A stretch of 64,000 bases of DNA from a bacterium (GCA_030616605.1 JAUWWY010000002.1:118867-182866); one strand, 5' to 3'; numbered from the stretch's first letter, positions 10,127 through 19,989 are shown. A program made the numbers and translations. The notes: generated by a model not told the origin, from the sequence alone.

Positions 10127-10690
10127 ATGGCTTACGAACAAAGAAATAAAATCTGTGTTTCCGGAGCAGCTGAGGTCTCTCATTGCTGCCCTAAAATAAA
10201 AGAATTATCAAGAGAGATTGGCAAATGGATTGCCAAAAAGGATTGTGTTTTATTGACCGGGGCTACAACTGGCGTGCCCTACTTTGCTGCCCAGGGTTAT
10301 AAAGAAGCTGGTGGAAAATTTAGTATTGGTTTTTCTCCGGCAAACTCTCCAAAGGGGCACAAAAAGAGTTATCGTTTACCAACTGACCAATTTGATTTAA
10401 TTATTTATACTGGCTTTGATTATGTTGGCCGCAACCTGATGCTAACTAAAGCAGCTGACGGAGTGATTATTGCCTGTGGTAGAACGGGAACCTTAAATGA
10501 ATTTACTATTGCCTTTGAAACAAGAACTCCAATTGGAGTTTTAGAAGGTACAGGTGGGACAGCTGATTTGATAAACGAAGTTTTAAAAAAGGGCTACAGG
10601 CCCAAAACAAAAATTGTTTATGATAGAAACCCTAAAAATCTAGTCCAGAAATTAATCAGCTTAATTAAAAAGGAACAAAAAAATCAATAA
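10127..10690 (+). CDS. LOG/TIGR00725-like Rossmann-fold nucleotide-binding protein
   Basis: LLTGATTGVPYFAAQG and GRTGTLNEF resemble the LOG-family GGGxG / PGGxGTxxE motifs. Confidence 0.4.
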   Translation: MAYEQRNKICVSGAAEVSHCCPKIKELSREIGKWIAKKDCVLLTGATTGVPYFAAQGYKEAGGKFSIGFSPANSPKGHKKSYRLPTDQFDLIIYTGFDYVGRNLMLTKAADGVIIACGRTGTLNEFTIAFETRTPIGVLEGTGGTADLINEVLKKGYRPKTKIVYDRNPKNLVQKLISLIKKEQKNQ

Positions 10691-10723
10691 TTTAAGTTTT
10701 TAAAATTAGAACAATAAAATAGA

Positions 10724-10750
10724 CCTACCCCTTAAAGGTAGGATTTTTTT
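10724..10750 (+). terminator. Hairpin plus T-run terminator
   Basis: CCTACC-cttaaa-GGTAGG followed by ATTTTTTT. Confidence 0.4.
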
Positions 10751-10751
10751 G

Positions 10752-10826
10752 TGGGCGCGAGAGGACTCGAACCTCTGAACCTCCGCAATGTCAGTGCGAC
10801 GCTCTAACCAACTGAGCTACGCGCCC
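10752..10826 (-). tRNA. tRNA-Val (anticodon GAC)
   Basis: Reverse complement GGGCGCGUAGCUCAGUUGGUUAGAGCGUCGCACUGACAUUGCGG...UUCGAGUCCUCUCGCGCCCA folds as a cloverleaf with anticodon loop CUGACAU. Confidence 0.85.
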
Positions 10827-10842
10827 CCTTCACTTCGTTCAG

Positions 10843-10915
10843 TGGGCACGCCAGGATTTGAACCTGGGACCGCCAAGTTATAAGCTTGGTGCTCTAACCC
10901 CTGAGCTACGTGCCC
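10843..10915 (-). tRNA. tRNA-Ile (anticodon UAU)
   Basis: Reverse complement GGGCACGUAGCUCAGGGGUUAGAGCACCAAGCUUAUAACUUGGCGGUCCCAGGUUCAAAUCCUGGCGUGCCCA. The anticodon stem is CCAAG/CUUGG and the loop CUUAUAA gives anticodon U34 A35 U36. Confidence 0.75.
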
Positions 10916-10918
10916 GAA

Positions 10919-12787
10919 TTATTTTTTAACTCTTTTTCTTTGAGTTTTTTTCTTTTTTATTTTACTTCCTTTTGCCAATTTCTCAAACTCTTCTTTTTCT
11001 ATTGTTTCTTTTTCTATTAAAACATTAGCTATTCTTTCCAGAGTTTTTCTCTTTTTTTGTAAAATTCCCATTGTTTTCTTTTCAGCTTCTTTTATAAACC
11101 TTTCAATTTCTTTGTCAATTTGAGCAGCTATTTTTTCTGAATAATTTCTCTCTTTTCCTCCTTCCCAACCCCAAAAAGACAAACTTTCTCGCTGATCAAA
11201 AGAAATCGGTCCAAGTTTTGACATTCCAAATTTGGTTACTAAGCTTCGGGCTAAAATACTTACTTTTTCCAAATCATTTGCTGCCCCAGTTGAGATTTCT
11301 TTAAATTTTAATCTTTCAGCACAATAACCGCCAAGCAAAACCGAAAGTTCAGCTAAAAATTCTGATTTTGTTTTAATTCTCCTTTCTTTTTTTGGCAAAG
11401 CCAGGGTATATCCTGCTGTCAACCCTCGAGCAACAATTGAGACTTTCCGGACTACTTCAGCTTCTGGGATTGAATGGGCAATTAAAGCATGACCTGCTTC
11501 ATGAAAAGCGGCAATCTCTTTTTCCTTTTTTGACAAAAGATGACTTTTTCTTTCTGGACCCAGTAAAACTTTTTCAATTGATTCTAAAAACTCTTCTTGA
11601 TAGATTTGTTTTTTGTTGCGCCGAGCTGCAAAAATAGCAGCTTCATTTACCAAGTTTGCTAAATCTGCTCCAGAGAAACCAGGAGTTCTCTCAGCAATTT
11701 CTTTTAAATTGACATTTAAAGCTAAAGGTTTTTCCCGACAGTGAATTTTTAAGATACCTTCTCTTCCTTTGACGTCTGGCAAATCTAAGATAATTCTTCT
11801 GTCAAATCTGCCTGGACGTAGAAGAGCAGGATCAAGTTGTTCAGGTCTATTAGTAGCAGCTATAACTATAACTCCTGTATCTTTTTCAAAACCATCCATT
11901 TCAGCTAGAATCTGATTTAAGGTTTGTTCTCTTTCTTCGTGACCTCCACCAATTCCAGGCATTCTTACTTTTCCAATGGCATCTAATTCGTCAATAAAAA
12001 TAATACTTGGTTGACTCTTTTTTGCTGTTTCAAAAAGGCTTCTAACCCGAGCGCTTCCGACTCCGACAAATAATTCTACAAAAGCAGAGCCAACTATAGA
12101 AAAGAATGGTACCTTGCTCTCGTTGGCAACAGCCCTTGCCAACATTGTTTTGCCAGTACCGGGGAGTCCCACCAAGAGAACTCCTCTTGGGATTCGAGCT
12201 CCCATTTTCCAGAATTTTTTAGGATTCTTTAAAAAATCAACCACTTCTTTTACTTCTTCTTTTGCTTCTTTAAGGTCAGCAATATCTTTGAAAAATACTT
12301 TTTCACCCTCTGTTTTACCAGTGCCAAAAAGTTTGGCTGGAGATTTCAAGAAACTGAAAGTCTGGGAAGCCCCGGTTTTGGCTTGCTTGAAAATTATAAA
12401 AAAGAAGCCACCAAGAATTAGAAGGGGAATTAAAATAGTCAGCAGAGGTATTAGCCAGATTAAACTACCTTCTTTTTCTTCTTCAACTTTTACAATGATA
12501 TTTTGAAGATTCTCTTTACCTAATCCGTAATTTTCTAAAGCTTCAAAGAGAGAAACTTCTTTTTCTTTTCTGCTAAAACTTTTCTCTCCTGATTTATAAA
12601 GAATCGAAATTTTTTCCCCCTCGATTTTTATCTCTTTAATTTTTCCTTGGTCAAGGTCTTTAGTAAACTGACTGAAAGGAATTTCCTTATCTTTTTTAAA
12701 TTCTTGAGGTCTAAGTAAAGCAAAAACCCCTGAAATCAAAAGAAATATTAAAATAACTAAAATAAAGTTTTGAAGAAATTTTTTCAT
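10919..12787 (-). CDS. ftsH: ATP-dependent zinc metalloprotease FtsH
   Basis: N-terminal TM segment, AAA Walker [16 protein letters not shown], and the HEAGHAL zinc site. Confidence 0.9.
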   Translation of the reverse strand: MKKFLQNFILVILIFLLISGVFALLRPQEFKKDKEIPFSQFTKDLDQGKIKEIKIEGEKISILYKSGEKSFSRKEKEVSLFEALENYGLGKENLQNIIVKVEEEKEGSLIWLIPLLTILIPLLILGGFFFIIFKQAKTGASQTFSFLKSPAKLFGTGKTEGEKVFFKDIADLKEAKEEVKEVVDFLKNPKKFWKMGARIPRGVLLVGLPGTGKTMLARAVANESKVPFFSIVGSAFVELFVGVGSARVRSLFETAKKSQPSIIFIDELDAIGKVRMPGIGGGHEEREQTLNQILAEMDGFEKDTGVIVIAATNRPEQLDPALLRPGRFDRRIILDLPDVKGREGILKIHCREKPLALNVNLKEIAERTPGFSGADLANLVNEAAIFAARRNKKQIYQEEFLESIEKVLLGPERKSHLLSKKEKEIAAFHEAGHALIAHSIPEAEVVRKVSIVARGLTAGYTLALPKKERRIKTKSEFLAELSVLLGGYCAERLKFKEISTGAANDLEKVSILARSLVTKFGMSKLGPISFDQRESLSFWGWEGGKERNYSEKIAAQIDKEIERFIKEAEKKTMGILQKKRKTLERIANVLIEKETIEKEEFEKLAKGSKIKKKKTQRKRVKK

Positions 12788-12792
12788 CGCTA

Positions 12793-13572
12793 TTAAATTT
12801 TTAACGAAAGATAAACTCGATTATCAGTAATTTCGATTATTTTTGCTTTAACTTTTTGTCCAAGTTTTAAAATATCTTCAGATTTTTCTTTTAAAAGTCC
12901 TTCTATTCCTTGTTCAAGGTCGATAAAAGCTCCAAAATTTGTAATACCGCTAACTTTTCCTTCAACTACATCTCCTATTTTATAATCTTTCAAGGTTTCT
13001 TTCTCAACTTCGGTTGCTTTTTCTGATAAAATAAGTTTATTCTTTTTTAAATCCAAATCAATAATTTTTACTTTTAGAGTTTTGCCAATAAATTTTTGCA
13101 AAGCCTTTGCTATTTCAGTAATATCTCCATCTTTAACTTTTGGATAATGTTGGGGAGCTAACTGGGAAACGGGCAAAAAAGCCATAAAGCCCTTTACTCT
13201 AGAGATAAGCCCTCCCTTGTTTGCCTTTTTGATTTTTACTTCAAAAGATTGATTTTTTTCTTCTAATTCTTTTAATTCCTTCCAGGCAATTTCTTTACTG
13301 GCATCAACCACTGATAATTCTCGATAGCCCTCTTTGTCTTCCAAATTTACTACCTTGGCCGACGTCTTATCTCCAATTTTCAAATCTTTTAAAGTATCCC
13401 GAGCTTTATAAAATTCAGCTCCATAGATTATTCCAATTCCTTGAGCTCCCAAATCCAAAAATAAAGAACTCCGGTCAGTAGCTACCACCGTTCCTTTAAC
13501 AATCTCTCCGATTTTAGGAGGAGGAACAATCTCTGATTTAATTTTCCTTAAAGGTTTTAATTTTGGAGACAT
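12793..13572 (-). CDS. S1 RNA-binding domain protein (ribosomal protein S1-like, about three S1 repeats)
   Basis: Repeated S1 OB-fold signatures such as IGEIVKGTVVATDRSSLFLDLG. Confidence 0.55.
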   Translation of the reverse strand: MSPKLKPLRKIKSEIVPPPKIGEIVKGTVVATDRSSLFLDLGAQGIGIIYGAEFYKARDTLKDLKIGDKTSAKVVNLEDKEGYRELSVVDASKEIAWKELKELEEKNQSFEVKIKKANKGGLISRVKGFMAFLPVSQLAPQHYPKVKDGDITEIAKALQKFIGKTLKVKIIDLDLKKNKLILSEKATEVEKETLKDYKIGDVVEGKVSGITNFGAFIDLEQGIEGLLKEKSEDILKLGQKVKAKIIEITDNRVYLSLKI

Positions 13573-13595
13573 AATTCAAGATATATAATTATTCC

Positions 13596-13750
13596 TTAGC
13601 GAATCAAGGTTCTGCTGAGCGTTAGCGAGGCATGGTTCTTATAACATAGTAAGAACCTGCTCGCTTCGCTCACAGAACCTTCTAATTACTGCGTTCGGTC
13701 GAAAACTGAAAATGAATTTTCAGTTTTCTCCCTCACTTGTAATTATAAAT
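13596..13750 (-). promoter_or_regulatory. Copy A of a repeated structured leader/promoter element, oriented toward the S1-domain gene
   Basis: Shares two blocks (32 nt at 13717-13748 and 33 nt at 13673-13705, as reverse complement) with 28711-28742 and 28757-28790. Contains TATAAT and an imperfect ~80-nt palindrome built from AAGGTTCTG...GGTTCTTA units. Confidence 0.5.
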
Positions 13751-13811
13751 ATACCTGAAAATTCTAGTTATTGCAAGGGAAAGGTAGTTTATGCTAATAT
13801 AAATTAAGTCT

Positions 13812-14465
13812 ATGCAAATTACCTGGTATGGACAATCTTTTTTTGAAATAAAGATAAAAAACGAAGAAAAAGACTTCCTCAGCTTAACTATTGACCCTTT
13901 TGATGAAAGTTTGGGCTTAAAAGTTCCCAAAATTAAAAGCCAGATTTTACTTATCACTCATTCTCATCCTGACCACTCAAATATTAAGGCTGTTAAGGGA
14001 GAACCTTTTTTAATTGAGGAACCCGGCGAATACGAGGTAAAAGAAGTTTTTATAAAAGGAATTCTATCTTTTCATGATAATCTTCAGGGCAAAGAAAGAG
14101 GAACCAATGTTATTTATAAAATTAAAGCTGAGGAGATAAATCTTTGTCATTTAGGAGATTTGGGTCAAAAAGAATTAAGCTCAGAGCAGCTTGAAGAGAT
14201 TGGTCAGGTGGATATTTTAATGATTCCGGTCGGTGGGGTTTACACTATTGACGCCAAGACAGCAGCTTCAATTGTTTCCCAAATTGAGCCCAAAATAGTT
14301 ATCCCGATGCATTATAAGATTCCCAGGCTGAAATTAAAACTTGAGAGTTCAGATAAGTTTTTAAAAATAATAGGAGCTGAAAAAGTTCAACCCCAGAAAA
14401 ATCTAAAAATTAAATCAAAAGATTTAACAAAAGAAGAAATCGAAATCATGGTTCTTAGCCCTTAA
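13812..14465 (+). CDS. Metallo-beta-lactamase-fold metal-dependent hydrolase (UPF0173-like)
   Basis: MQITWYGQSFFEI...LLITHSHPDHSN. Confidence 0.6.
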   Translation: MQITWYGQSFFEIKIKNEEKDFLSLTIDPFDESLGLKVPKIKSQILLITHSHPDHSNIKAVKGEPFLIEEPGEYEVKEVFIKGILSFHDNLQGKERGTNVIYKIKAEEINLCHLGDLGQKELSSEQLEEIGQVDILMIPVGGVYTIDAKTAASIVSQIEPKIVIPMHYKIPRLKLKLESSDKFLKIIGAEKVQPQKNLKIKSKDLTKEEIEIMVLSP

Positions 14466-14466
14466 A

Positions 14467-14706
14467 ATGAATGTTTTTTATAAAAAACTTATTCTTTTTG
14501 GAATAATTGTTATTTTAGCCATTCCTTTAAGTCTTTTTATGATAAAAAACTTTCAAGAAAATTTGGAAAAAAGTAAAAATAAAAAATTTTTCAAAGAATT
14601 CAAATCAGAAGAAATAAAAGAGAAGAAAAATGAATTCCAAACTGAATTGGAAAAAATAGGAGAGATGATTAAACAATCAGCAACTTCAAGCACAACTACT
14701 GACTAA
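14467..14706 (+). CDS. Small membrane protein, hypothetical
   Basis: N-terminal TM helix; translationally coupled to neighbouring genes. Confidence 0.3.
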   Translation: MNVFYKKLILFGIIVILAIPLSLFMIKNFQENLEKSKNKKFFKEFKSEEIKEKKNEFQTELEKIGEMIKQSATSSTTTD

Positions 14707-14708
14707 TT

Positions 14709-17180
14709 ATGCCAAACGATTCTCAAAAACAGAATAAGGAGATAGGTTATATAAAGCCCCGGGAAATTACTGAGGAAATGAGAGACAGTTATTTGGATTA
14801 TGCGATGTCAGTTATTATCTCTCGAGCTTTACCGGATATCCGCGACGGTTTGAAGCCGGTCCACCGCCGAATTTTGTATGCAATGAATGAAATGGGCTTA
14901 AAGCATAATGTGAAATCCAGAAAATCAGCTACTGTTGTCGGAGAAGTTCTTGGAAAATTTCATCCGCATGGCGATACGGCTGTTTATGATTCTTTAGTGA
15001 GAATGGCTCAAGATTTTTCTTTAAGATATCCATTAATTGAAGGTCAGGGAAATTTTGGTTCAATTGATGGGGATTCTGCGGCTGCCCAAAGATATACCGA
15101 GTGCCGACTTTCAGCCCTGGGGGAAGAAATACTTCGCGATATTGAAAAAGATACAGTTGATTTTAGAGAAAATTATGATGGAACAAGAAAAGAACCTGTT
15201 GTCCTCCCTTCACCTGTTCCTCAACTATTACTTAATGGTTCATTAGGAATTGCCGTGGGAATGGCAACCAAGATTCCTCCTCATAACATTTCTGAAGTAA
15301 TGAAAGCTTGTATCTATTTAATTGACCATCCTGACTCTACCACGGAAAAGATTTTTCAATTTATTGAAGGACCTGATTTTCCAACAGGCGGTATAATTTA
15401 TGGTAAAAAAGATATAATCTCTGCTTATTCTCAAGGAAGGGGTCCGATTTTAATAAGAGGTAAAGCAGAAATTAGAGAGCAGGAAAGAAGCAATTTCCAA
15501 ATTATAATCACTGAAATTCCTTTTCAGGTTCAAAAATCAGATTTGGTTAGGGATTTTGCTAAATTAGTTGAGGATAAAAAGATAGAGGGGATAAAGAATA
15601 TCAGAGATGAATCAGACCGAGAGGGAATGAGAATTGTAATTGAACTTAAGAGAGAAGCTTTTCCGAAAAAAGTTTTAAATGCCCTCTATAAATACACGGC
15701 CTTGCAGAAAACCTTTTATTTAAATATGTTGGCTTTGGTTGACGGCATCCAGCCGAAAATCCTTTCTTTAAGCGACATTTTAACTTTATATTTAAAACAT
15801 AAAAAAGAGGTTGTTATCCGGAGAACAAAGTTTGATTTAAGAAAAGCAAAAGAAAAAGCTCATATTCTTGAAGGACTAATGGTAGCTTTGAAAAATATTG
15901 ATGAGGTGATTAAGACTATTAAGAAATCATCTTCTCGGCAAGAAGCTCAAAAGAACTTAATGAAGAAGTTCAAACTAACTCAAATACAGGCAACAGCTAT
16001 TTTAGAGATGAAACTTCAGAGTTTAGCAAAACTGGAGCGAGAAAAAATTGAAAAAGAACTTAAAGAGATAAAAGCGAGAATAAAAGAATTAACTTTAATT
16101 TTAAAAAGTCCTAAAAAAATAAAAGAGGTGATAAAAAAAGAACTTAAAGAAATGGCTGAGAAATACAAAGACGAAAGAAAAACAAAAGTTATAACTTCTT
16201 CACCTGGAGAAATTGGCGAGGAAGAATTAATTCCCAAAGCTGAAACGATTATAACCTTAACTCAAGGAGGATTCATTAAAAGGGTTAAACCTTCATTGTA
16301 TAAAATTCAAAAGAGAGGAGGGAAAGGAATTATGGGTCTTGAGGTTTCCAAAGAGGATATGGTTGAACACTTTTTAATGGCGAACACCCTGGACAAACTT
16401 TTATTTTTTACTGACTCAGGAAAGGTTTTTCAATCTCTGGTTTGGGAAATTCCTGAAATGAGCAGAATTTCTAAAGGCAGAGGACTTTTAAATTTTTTGG
16501 AAATATCCCAAAGCGAAAAAGTTTTAGGTCTTATTTCCTATGGTAAAGAAGATGAGCAGAAGAAGAAGTATTTAGTAATGGTAACCAAAAATGGTATAAT
16601 TAAAAAAACAGATGTTCAAGCTTTTCAAAATGTCCGTAGGAATGGATTAATAGCTATTAAACTCGGAAAAGAAGACTTTTTGAAAGAAGCTAAAATTATT
16701 GATGAAAGAGATGAAATACTTTTAGTAACTAAGAAAGGGAAATCTATTAGATTTAAGGAAAAAGATTTAAGAGCAATTGGTAGGGCAGCAGCCGGAGTTA
16801 GGGGAATGAGATTAAGTAAAAGAGATGAGATAATTAGAATGGACATAATAAAAGTTCAAAGTGCAAAACTCAAAGCGCAAAACTATCTGTTAATAATTAC
16901 TGAAAATGGCTATGGCAAAAGAACTAAGATTGGAGAGTACAGAATCCAGAAAAGAGGAGGTTCAGGGATAAAAACAGCAAGAATTACTGAAAAAACCGGA
17001 GAAATCGTTTTCTCTCGAGTAGTCGGTAAAGAGGAAAAAGATTTAATTGTTATTTCTAAAAAAGGTCAGGTAATAAGAGTTCCTCTTAGTTCAATTTCAA
17101 TTATTGGCCGAGCCGCATCCGGAGTAAGAGTAATGAAATTAAGCAAAGGAGATAAAGTAGCTTCAGCTATTTGTCTCTAA
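14709..17180 (+). CDS. gyrA: DNA gyrase subunit A
   Basis: [29 protein letters not shown] and C-terminal beta-pinwheel repeats. An in-frame CAAAG-family repeat lies at 16863-16886. Confidence 0.9.
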   Translation: MPNDSQKQNKEIGYIKPREITEEMRDSYLDYAMSVIISRALPDIRDGLKPVHRRILYAMNEMGLKHNVKSRKSATVVGEVLGKFHPHGDTAVYDSLVRMAQDFSLRYPLIEGQGNFGSIDGDSAAAQRYTECRLSALGEEILRDIEKDTVDFRENYDGTRKEPVVLPSPVPQLLLNGSLGIAVGMATKIPPHNISEVMKACIYLIDHPDSTTEKIFQFIEGPDFPTGGIIYGKKDIISAYSQGRGPILIRGKAEIREQERSNFQIIITEIPFQVQKSDLVRDFAKLVEDKKIEGIKNIRDESDREGMRIVIELKREAFPKKVLNALYKYTALQKTFYLNMLALVDGIQPKILSLSDILTLYLKHKKEVVIRRTKFDLRKAKEKAHILEGLMVALKNIDEVIKTIKKSSSRQEAQKNLMKKFKLTQIQATAILEMKLQSLAKLEREKIEKELKEIKARIKELTLILKSPKKIKEVIKKELKEMAEKYKDERKTKVITSSPGEIGEEELIPKAETIITLTQGGFIKRVKPSLYKIQKRGGKGIMGLEVSKEDMVEHFLMANTLDKLLFFTDSGKVFQSLVWEIPEMSRISKGRGLLNFLEISQSEKVLGLISYGKEDEQKKKYLVMVTKNGIIKKTDVQAFQNVRRNGLIAIKLGKEDFLKEAKIIDERDEILLVTKKGKSIRFKEKDLRAIGRAAAGVRGMRLSKRDEIIRMDIIKVQSAKLKAQNYLLIITENGYGKRTKIGEYRIQKRGGSGIKTARITEKTGEIVFSRVVGKEEKDLIVISKKGQVIRVPLSSISIIGRAASGVRVMKLSKGDKVASAICL
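16863..16886 (+). repeat. CAAAG-family patch GCAAAACTCAAAGCGCAAAACTAT inside gyrA
   Basis: Encodes SAKLKAQNY. Shares CTCAAAGCGCAAAACTAT with the argS copy. Confidence 0.8.
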
Positions 17181-17184
17181 AAAC

Positions 17185-17706
17185 ATGCCAGAATTTGTTA
17201 ATCCAATTGAAATTTTAAATCAACTAGAACTCCAAAGCTCTATGATTGCGGCTGATTTTGGCTGTGGGACTGGGGGTTGGACAATTCCTTTAGCTCAGCG
17301 TTTAGAACAGGGAAAAGTTTTTGCCATAGATATTTTAGAGGAACCTCTTTCGGCTTTGAAAGCAAAAACAAGCCTCCAAGGCATTTCTAATATTAATAGA
17401 ATTTTAGCTGATGTTGAAAGGGGGGTTCCAGAAATCCAGGATTCTTCCTGTGATTTGGTTTTAATGACTGACCTTTTATTCCAGATTGACGAAAGAGAAG
17501 TTGTTTTTAAAGAAGCAAATAGGGTTTTGAAAACCGGCAGTAAAATTTTAGTAGTTAGCTGGAATGTAGATTCTTCTTTTGGTCCCAGACAAGGAAAGGT
17601 TTCTCCAGACGAGGTCAAAGAAATTGCCAAAAATTCTGGATTTAAGCTTGAGAAACAATTCAAGGCTGGCGACTACCATTACGGATTGGTATTTACTAAA
17701 GTTTAA
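17185..17706 (+). CDS. Class I SAM-dependent methyltransferase
   Basis: ADFGCGTGGWTIPLAQ motif I. Confidence 0.5.
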   Translation: MPEFVNPIEILNQLELQSSMIAADFGCGTGGWTIPLAQRLEQGKVFAIDILEEPLSALKAKTSLQGISNINRILADVERGVPEIQDSSCDLVLMTDLLFQIDEREVVFKEANRVLKTGSKILVVSWNVDSSFGPRQGKVSPDEVKEIAKNSGFKLEKQFKAGDYHYGLVFTKV

Positions 17707-17720
17707 TTTATAATGGAATA

Positions 17721-18116
17721 ATGAGAAAATTTATTGTAATTTTAATTCTTTCAATAATTTTATTGACACAGGCGAGTTTTATTTTGGCTGCAGCTGCTCC
17801 TGATTGTGATACTTATTGCCAAAATACAAGTACTTGGGACCCACCTGAAGGAGAATTTTGTTTTTGTTCCCCTATTTCTGCTACTTCTGTTGAAGCTATT
17901 GTAGGGCGCATAACCAATTGGGTTTTCTATATTGGTATAATTCTTGCTCCCTTAATGATTATTATCGGCGCTTTTATGTTCTTGACCTCAGCTGGCGAAC
18001 CTGATAAAGTTAGAAGAGCAAAAAAGCTAATTATCTGGACAATTATCGGTTTAGCAGTTATACTGTTTAGTAAAGGACTAATAAGTTTAATAAAATATAT
18101 CTTATTAGGAACATAA
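17721..18116 (+). CDS. VirB2/TrbC-like type IV secretion pilin paralog 1 (Cys-rich)
   Basis: Sec signal peptide, then a Cys-rich stretch, then ITNWVFYIGIILAPLMIIIGAFMFLTSAGEPDKVRRAKKLIIWTIIGLAVIL. This is the two-helix core seen in VirB2 (xxGWLFYVALAI...AKARAKQMLVYAVIGL). Confidence 0.5.
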   Translation: MRKFIVILILSIILLTQASFILAAAAPDCDTYCQNTSTWDPPEGEFCFCSPISATSVEAIVGRITNWVFYIGIILAPLMIIIGAFMFLTSAGEPDKVRRAKKLIIWTIIGLAVILFSKGLISLIKYILLGT

Positions 18117-18138
18117 TAAAAAGGTCGAAAAACCTTAA

Positions 18139-18576
18139 TTGATGTTAAATAAAAAGAAAATGAAAAAAATATTAGCAGGTCTAATTTTGGGAGGATTATT
18201 GGTTAGTTTGTTTTTACCTCTGGCTGTTTCTCAGGCTCAAGAAGTACTTCCTCCTGATAGCTGTAAAATGGCGCATACTATTGCGAACTGTCCAGCTAGC
18301 GGAAATGATTGTGATTTTGACAGCACCACCTATGATTGTGGAATATGTTGTATGCTTAACACTATCTATACTGTTACTAATTGGATTTTTTATATTTTAA
18401 TTCTAGTGGCAGTAATTATGATTATTCTTGGTGGTTTTGTTTTTATGACTGCTGCTGGAAGTCCGGAGAAAACGGCAAAGGGAAGAAATATTGTTGTTTA
18501 TGCTGTTATTGGTATAGCCATTGCTATTATAGCAAAATTGGTTCCTGTATTAGTTAGAACTATTATTGGATTCTAA
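18139..18576 (+). CDS. VirB2/TrbC-like type IV secretion pilin paralog 2 (Cys-rich)
   Basis: Signal peptide, then 7 Cys in about 40 aa, then VTNWIFYILILVAVIMIILGGFVFMTAAGSPEKTAKGRNIVVYAVIGIAIAI. Confidence 0.5.
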   Translation: MMLNKKKMKKILAGLILGGLLVSLFLPLAVSQAQEVLPPDSCKMAHTIANCPASGNDCDFDSTTYDCGICCMLNTIYTVTNWIFYILILVAVIMIILGGFVFMTAAGSPEKTAKGRNIVVYAVIGIAIAIIAKLVPVLVRTIIGF

Positions 18577-18603
18577 AAATAATTCTCTTTTAAATTTTTT
18601 AAA

Positions 18604-18643
18604 ATCAACTCCCTCTTCTCTGAGATGGGAGTTGATTTTAATT
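18604..18643 (+). terminator. Rho-independent terminator after the pilin pair
   Basis: ATCAACTCCC...GGGAGTTGAT stem followed by TTTTAATT. Confidence 0.55.
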
Positions 18644-18656
18644 AGAATAAAAGAAA

Positions 18657-18685
18657 TTGACATAGAAAGATATTTATGCTATACT
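18657..18685 (+). promoter_or_regulatory. Sigma-70-type promoter P1 (TTGACA-17-TATACT)
   Basis: Exact -35 hexamer, 17-nt spacer, 5/6 match at -10. Confidence 0.5.
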
Positions 18686-18728
18686 AAAATAGTTAATAAA
18701 AATTAAATATTAAAATTTCATAAAAGGG

Positions 18729-18757
18729 TTGACAAAGCAAGATAAATTTGCTATAAT
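18729..18757 (+). promoter_or_regulatory. Sigma-70 consensus promoter P2 (TTGACA-17-TATAAT)
   Basis: Perfect consensus hexamers with a 17-nt spacer. AAAGGAGGT RBS at 18790, 5 nt before the ATG at 18803. Confidence 0.6.
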
Positions 18758-18802
18758 GTAAACGTTCATTGAAAATTAAATATTACAAAAAGGAGGTTTG
18801 AA

Positions 18803-19219
18803 ATGAAACCTACAGTACTAATAACAGCGTTGGTTTTGGGTTTTGGTCTTCTCTTCTCGGGTTGTGCTTCTCGGATGCTCATAATCCCTAAAGATTATGA
18901 GGGGAGCAAAAAGCTGATTGAGAGATGGGGTTCTAACGTTACTCTTGCCGTTGTAAAAGAAGATGGTAGTCTGGAAGTTTATAATAACCGCTACCCTCCC
19001 TTCCCTCCCCTCGGCAAGTTTGAACTCACAATAGACTCCACAGGTGCTGTTTCTCATAAAGGCACTCTCCCTGGCTATGGATACTCAAGCTATGGTTACT
19101 CTGGCTACGGTTACCCCGGCTATGGCTCGGCTGTTCCAGGAGTTCATCGTAAACCACCCAGTAGTCCTGAGTATTACCGTAAACTACCCAATCGTCATGA
19201 AAGTTACCGTAGATATTGA
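18803..19219 (+). CDS. Lipoprotein with Gly/Tyr-rich C-terminal low-complexity tail
   Basis: Lipobox LFSGC, and a YGYSSYGYSGYGYPGYG tail. Confidence 0.5.
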   Translation: MKPTVLITALVLGFGLLFSGCASRMLIIPKDYEGSKKLIERWGSNVTLAVVKEDGSLEVYNNRYPPFPPLGKFELTIDSTGAVSHKGTLPGYGYSSYGYSGYGYPGYGSAVPGVHRKPPSSPEYYRKLPNRHESYRRY

Positions 19220-19328
19220 TAGCCATTAATCTCTAAACCCAAAAGCGTCAGTTCATAAAAGACTGGCGCTTTTTCTTTGACTTGATTTTTATTATTTTAG
19301 AGATAGAATAATAAATAAAGTTTATTTT

Positions 19329-19411
19329 GTCCCCGTGGCGGAACTGGCAGACGCGTATGGTTTAGGACCATATCCTATTATGGGGTGCAGGTTCAAATCC
19401 TGCCGGGGACA
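19329..19411 (+). tRNA. tRNA-Leu (anticodon UAG)
   Basis: Class II tRNA: long D-loop GCGGAACUGGCAGACGC, anticodon loop UUUAGGA, long variable arm, T-arm CAGGUUCAAAUCCUG. Confidence 0.8.
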
Positions 19412-19434
19412 CATCACTTCGTTCAGTGTAAACT

Positions 19435-19466
19435 AAAAAAACCGCGGTTAAACCGCGGTTTTTTTA
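19435..19466. terminator. Bidirectional rho-independent terminator (shared by the tRNA-Leu unit and the convergent hsp20 gene)
   Basis: AAAAAAACCGCGGTT-AAA-CCGCGGTTTTTTT is a perfect 13-bp stem with A-run and T-run flanks. Confidence 0.65.
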
Positions 19467-19985
19467 TTAATCATTAGACGTAATACTAACTTTCTTTTTC
19501 TTGGTCTTTTTTGCCCTTGGAATTTTAATGGTTAAAATTCCTTTTTCAAGAGAAGATTTAACTCTTTGAGTATCAATGTTTTCCGGTAAAATTATTTGTC
19601 TTGAGAAAGGTCCCCAATAACATTCTTGATAAAAATAATCCTTCTCTTTATTTGCTTCCGGCTTTTTTCTTTCTCCCTTTATCAGCAACATCTCATTTTC
19701 AATTGTGATTTCTATATCTTCGGGAGTTACTCCAGCAATCGGTGCTTGAACACAAAACTCAGAATCAGTATTGTAAACATCAACCGTTAATTCTCCTTCA
19801 GATTTTGACCAACTCTGGGTTGTTTTCTTTGTTGCTAAGACATCCTCTTTTTCTTTTTTCATTTGTTTTTTTTCAACCCTCCCCCTTTTTTTAGGTTTTT
19901 CTCCTTCTATTTTTATTGGTTTTGTCACCTTTTCTGAATTTTTTTCAACCCCGATATCCTTTTTTAGTTTGTTTAAAAAAGACAT
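19467..19985 (-). CDS. Hsp20/alpha-crystallin family small heat-shock protein
   Basis: ACD core GELTVDVYNTDSEFCVQAPIAGVTPEDIEITIENEMLLIKGERK...ILTIKIPRAKK. Confidence 0.7.
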   Translation of the reverse strand: MSFLNKLKKDIGVEKNSEKVTKPIKIEGEKPKKRGRVEKKQMKKEKEDVLATKKTTQSWSKSEGELTVDVYNTDSEFCVQAPIAGVTPEDIEITIENEMLLIKGERKKPEANKEKDYFYQECYWGPFSRQIILPENIDTQRVKSSLEKGILTIKIPRAKKTKKKKVSITSND

Positions 19986-19989
19986 AGAT

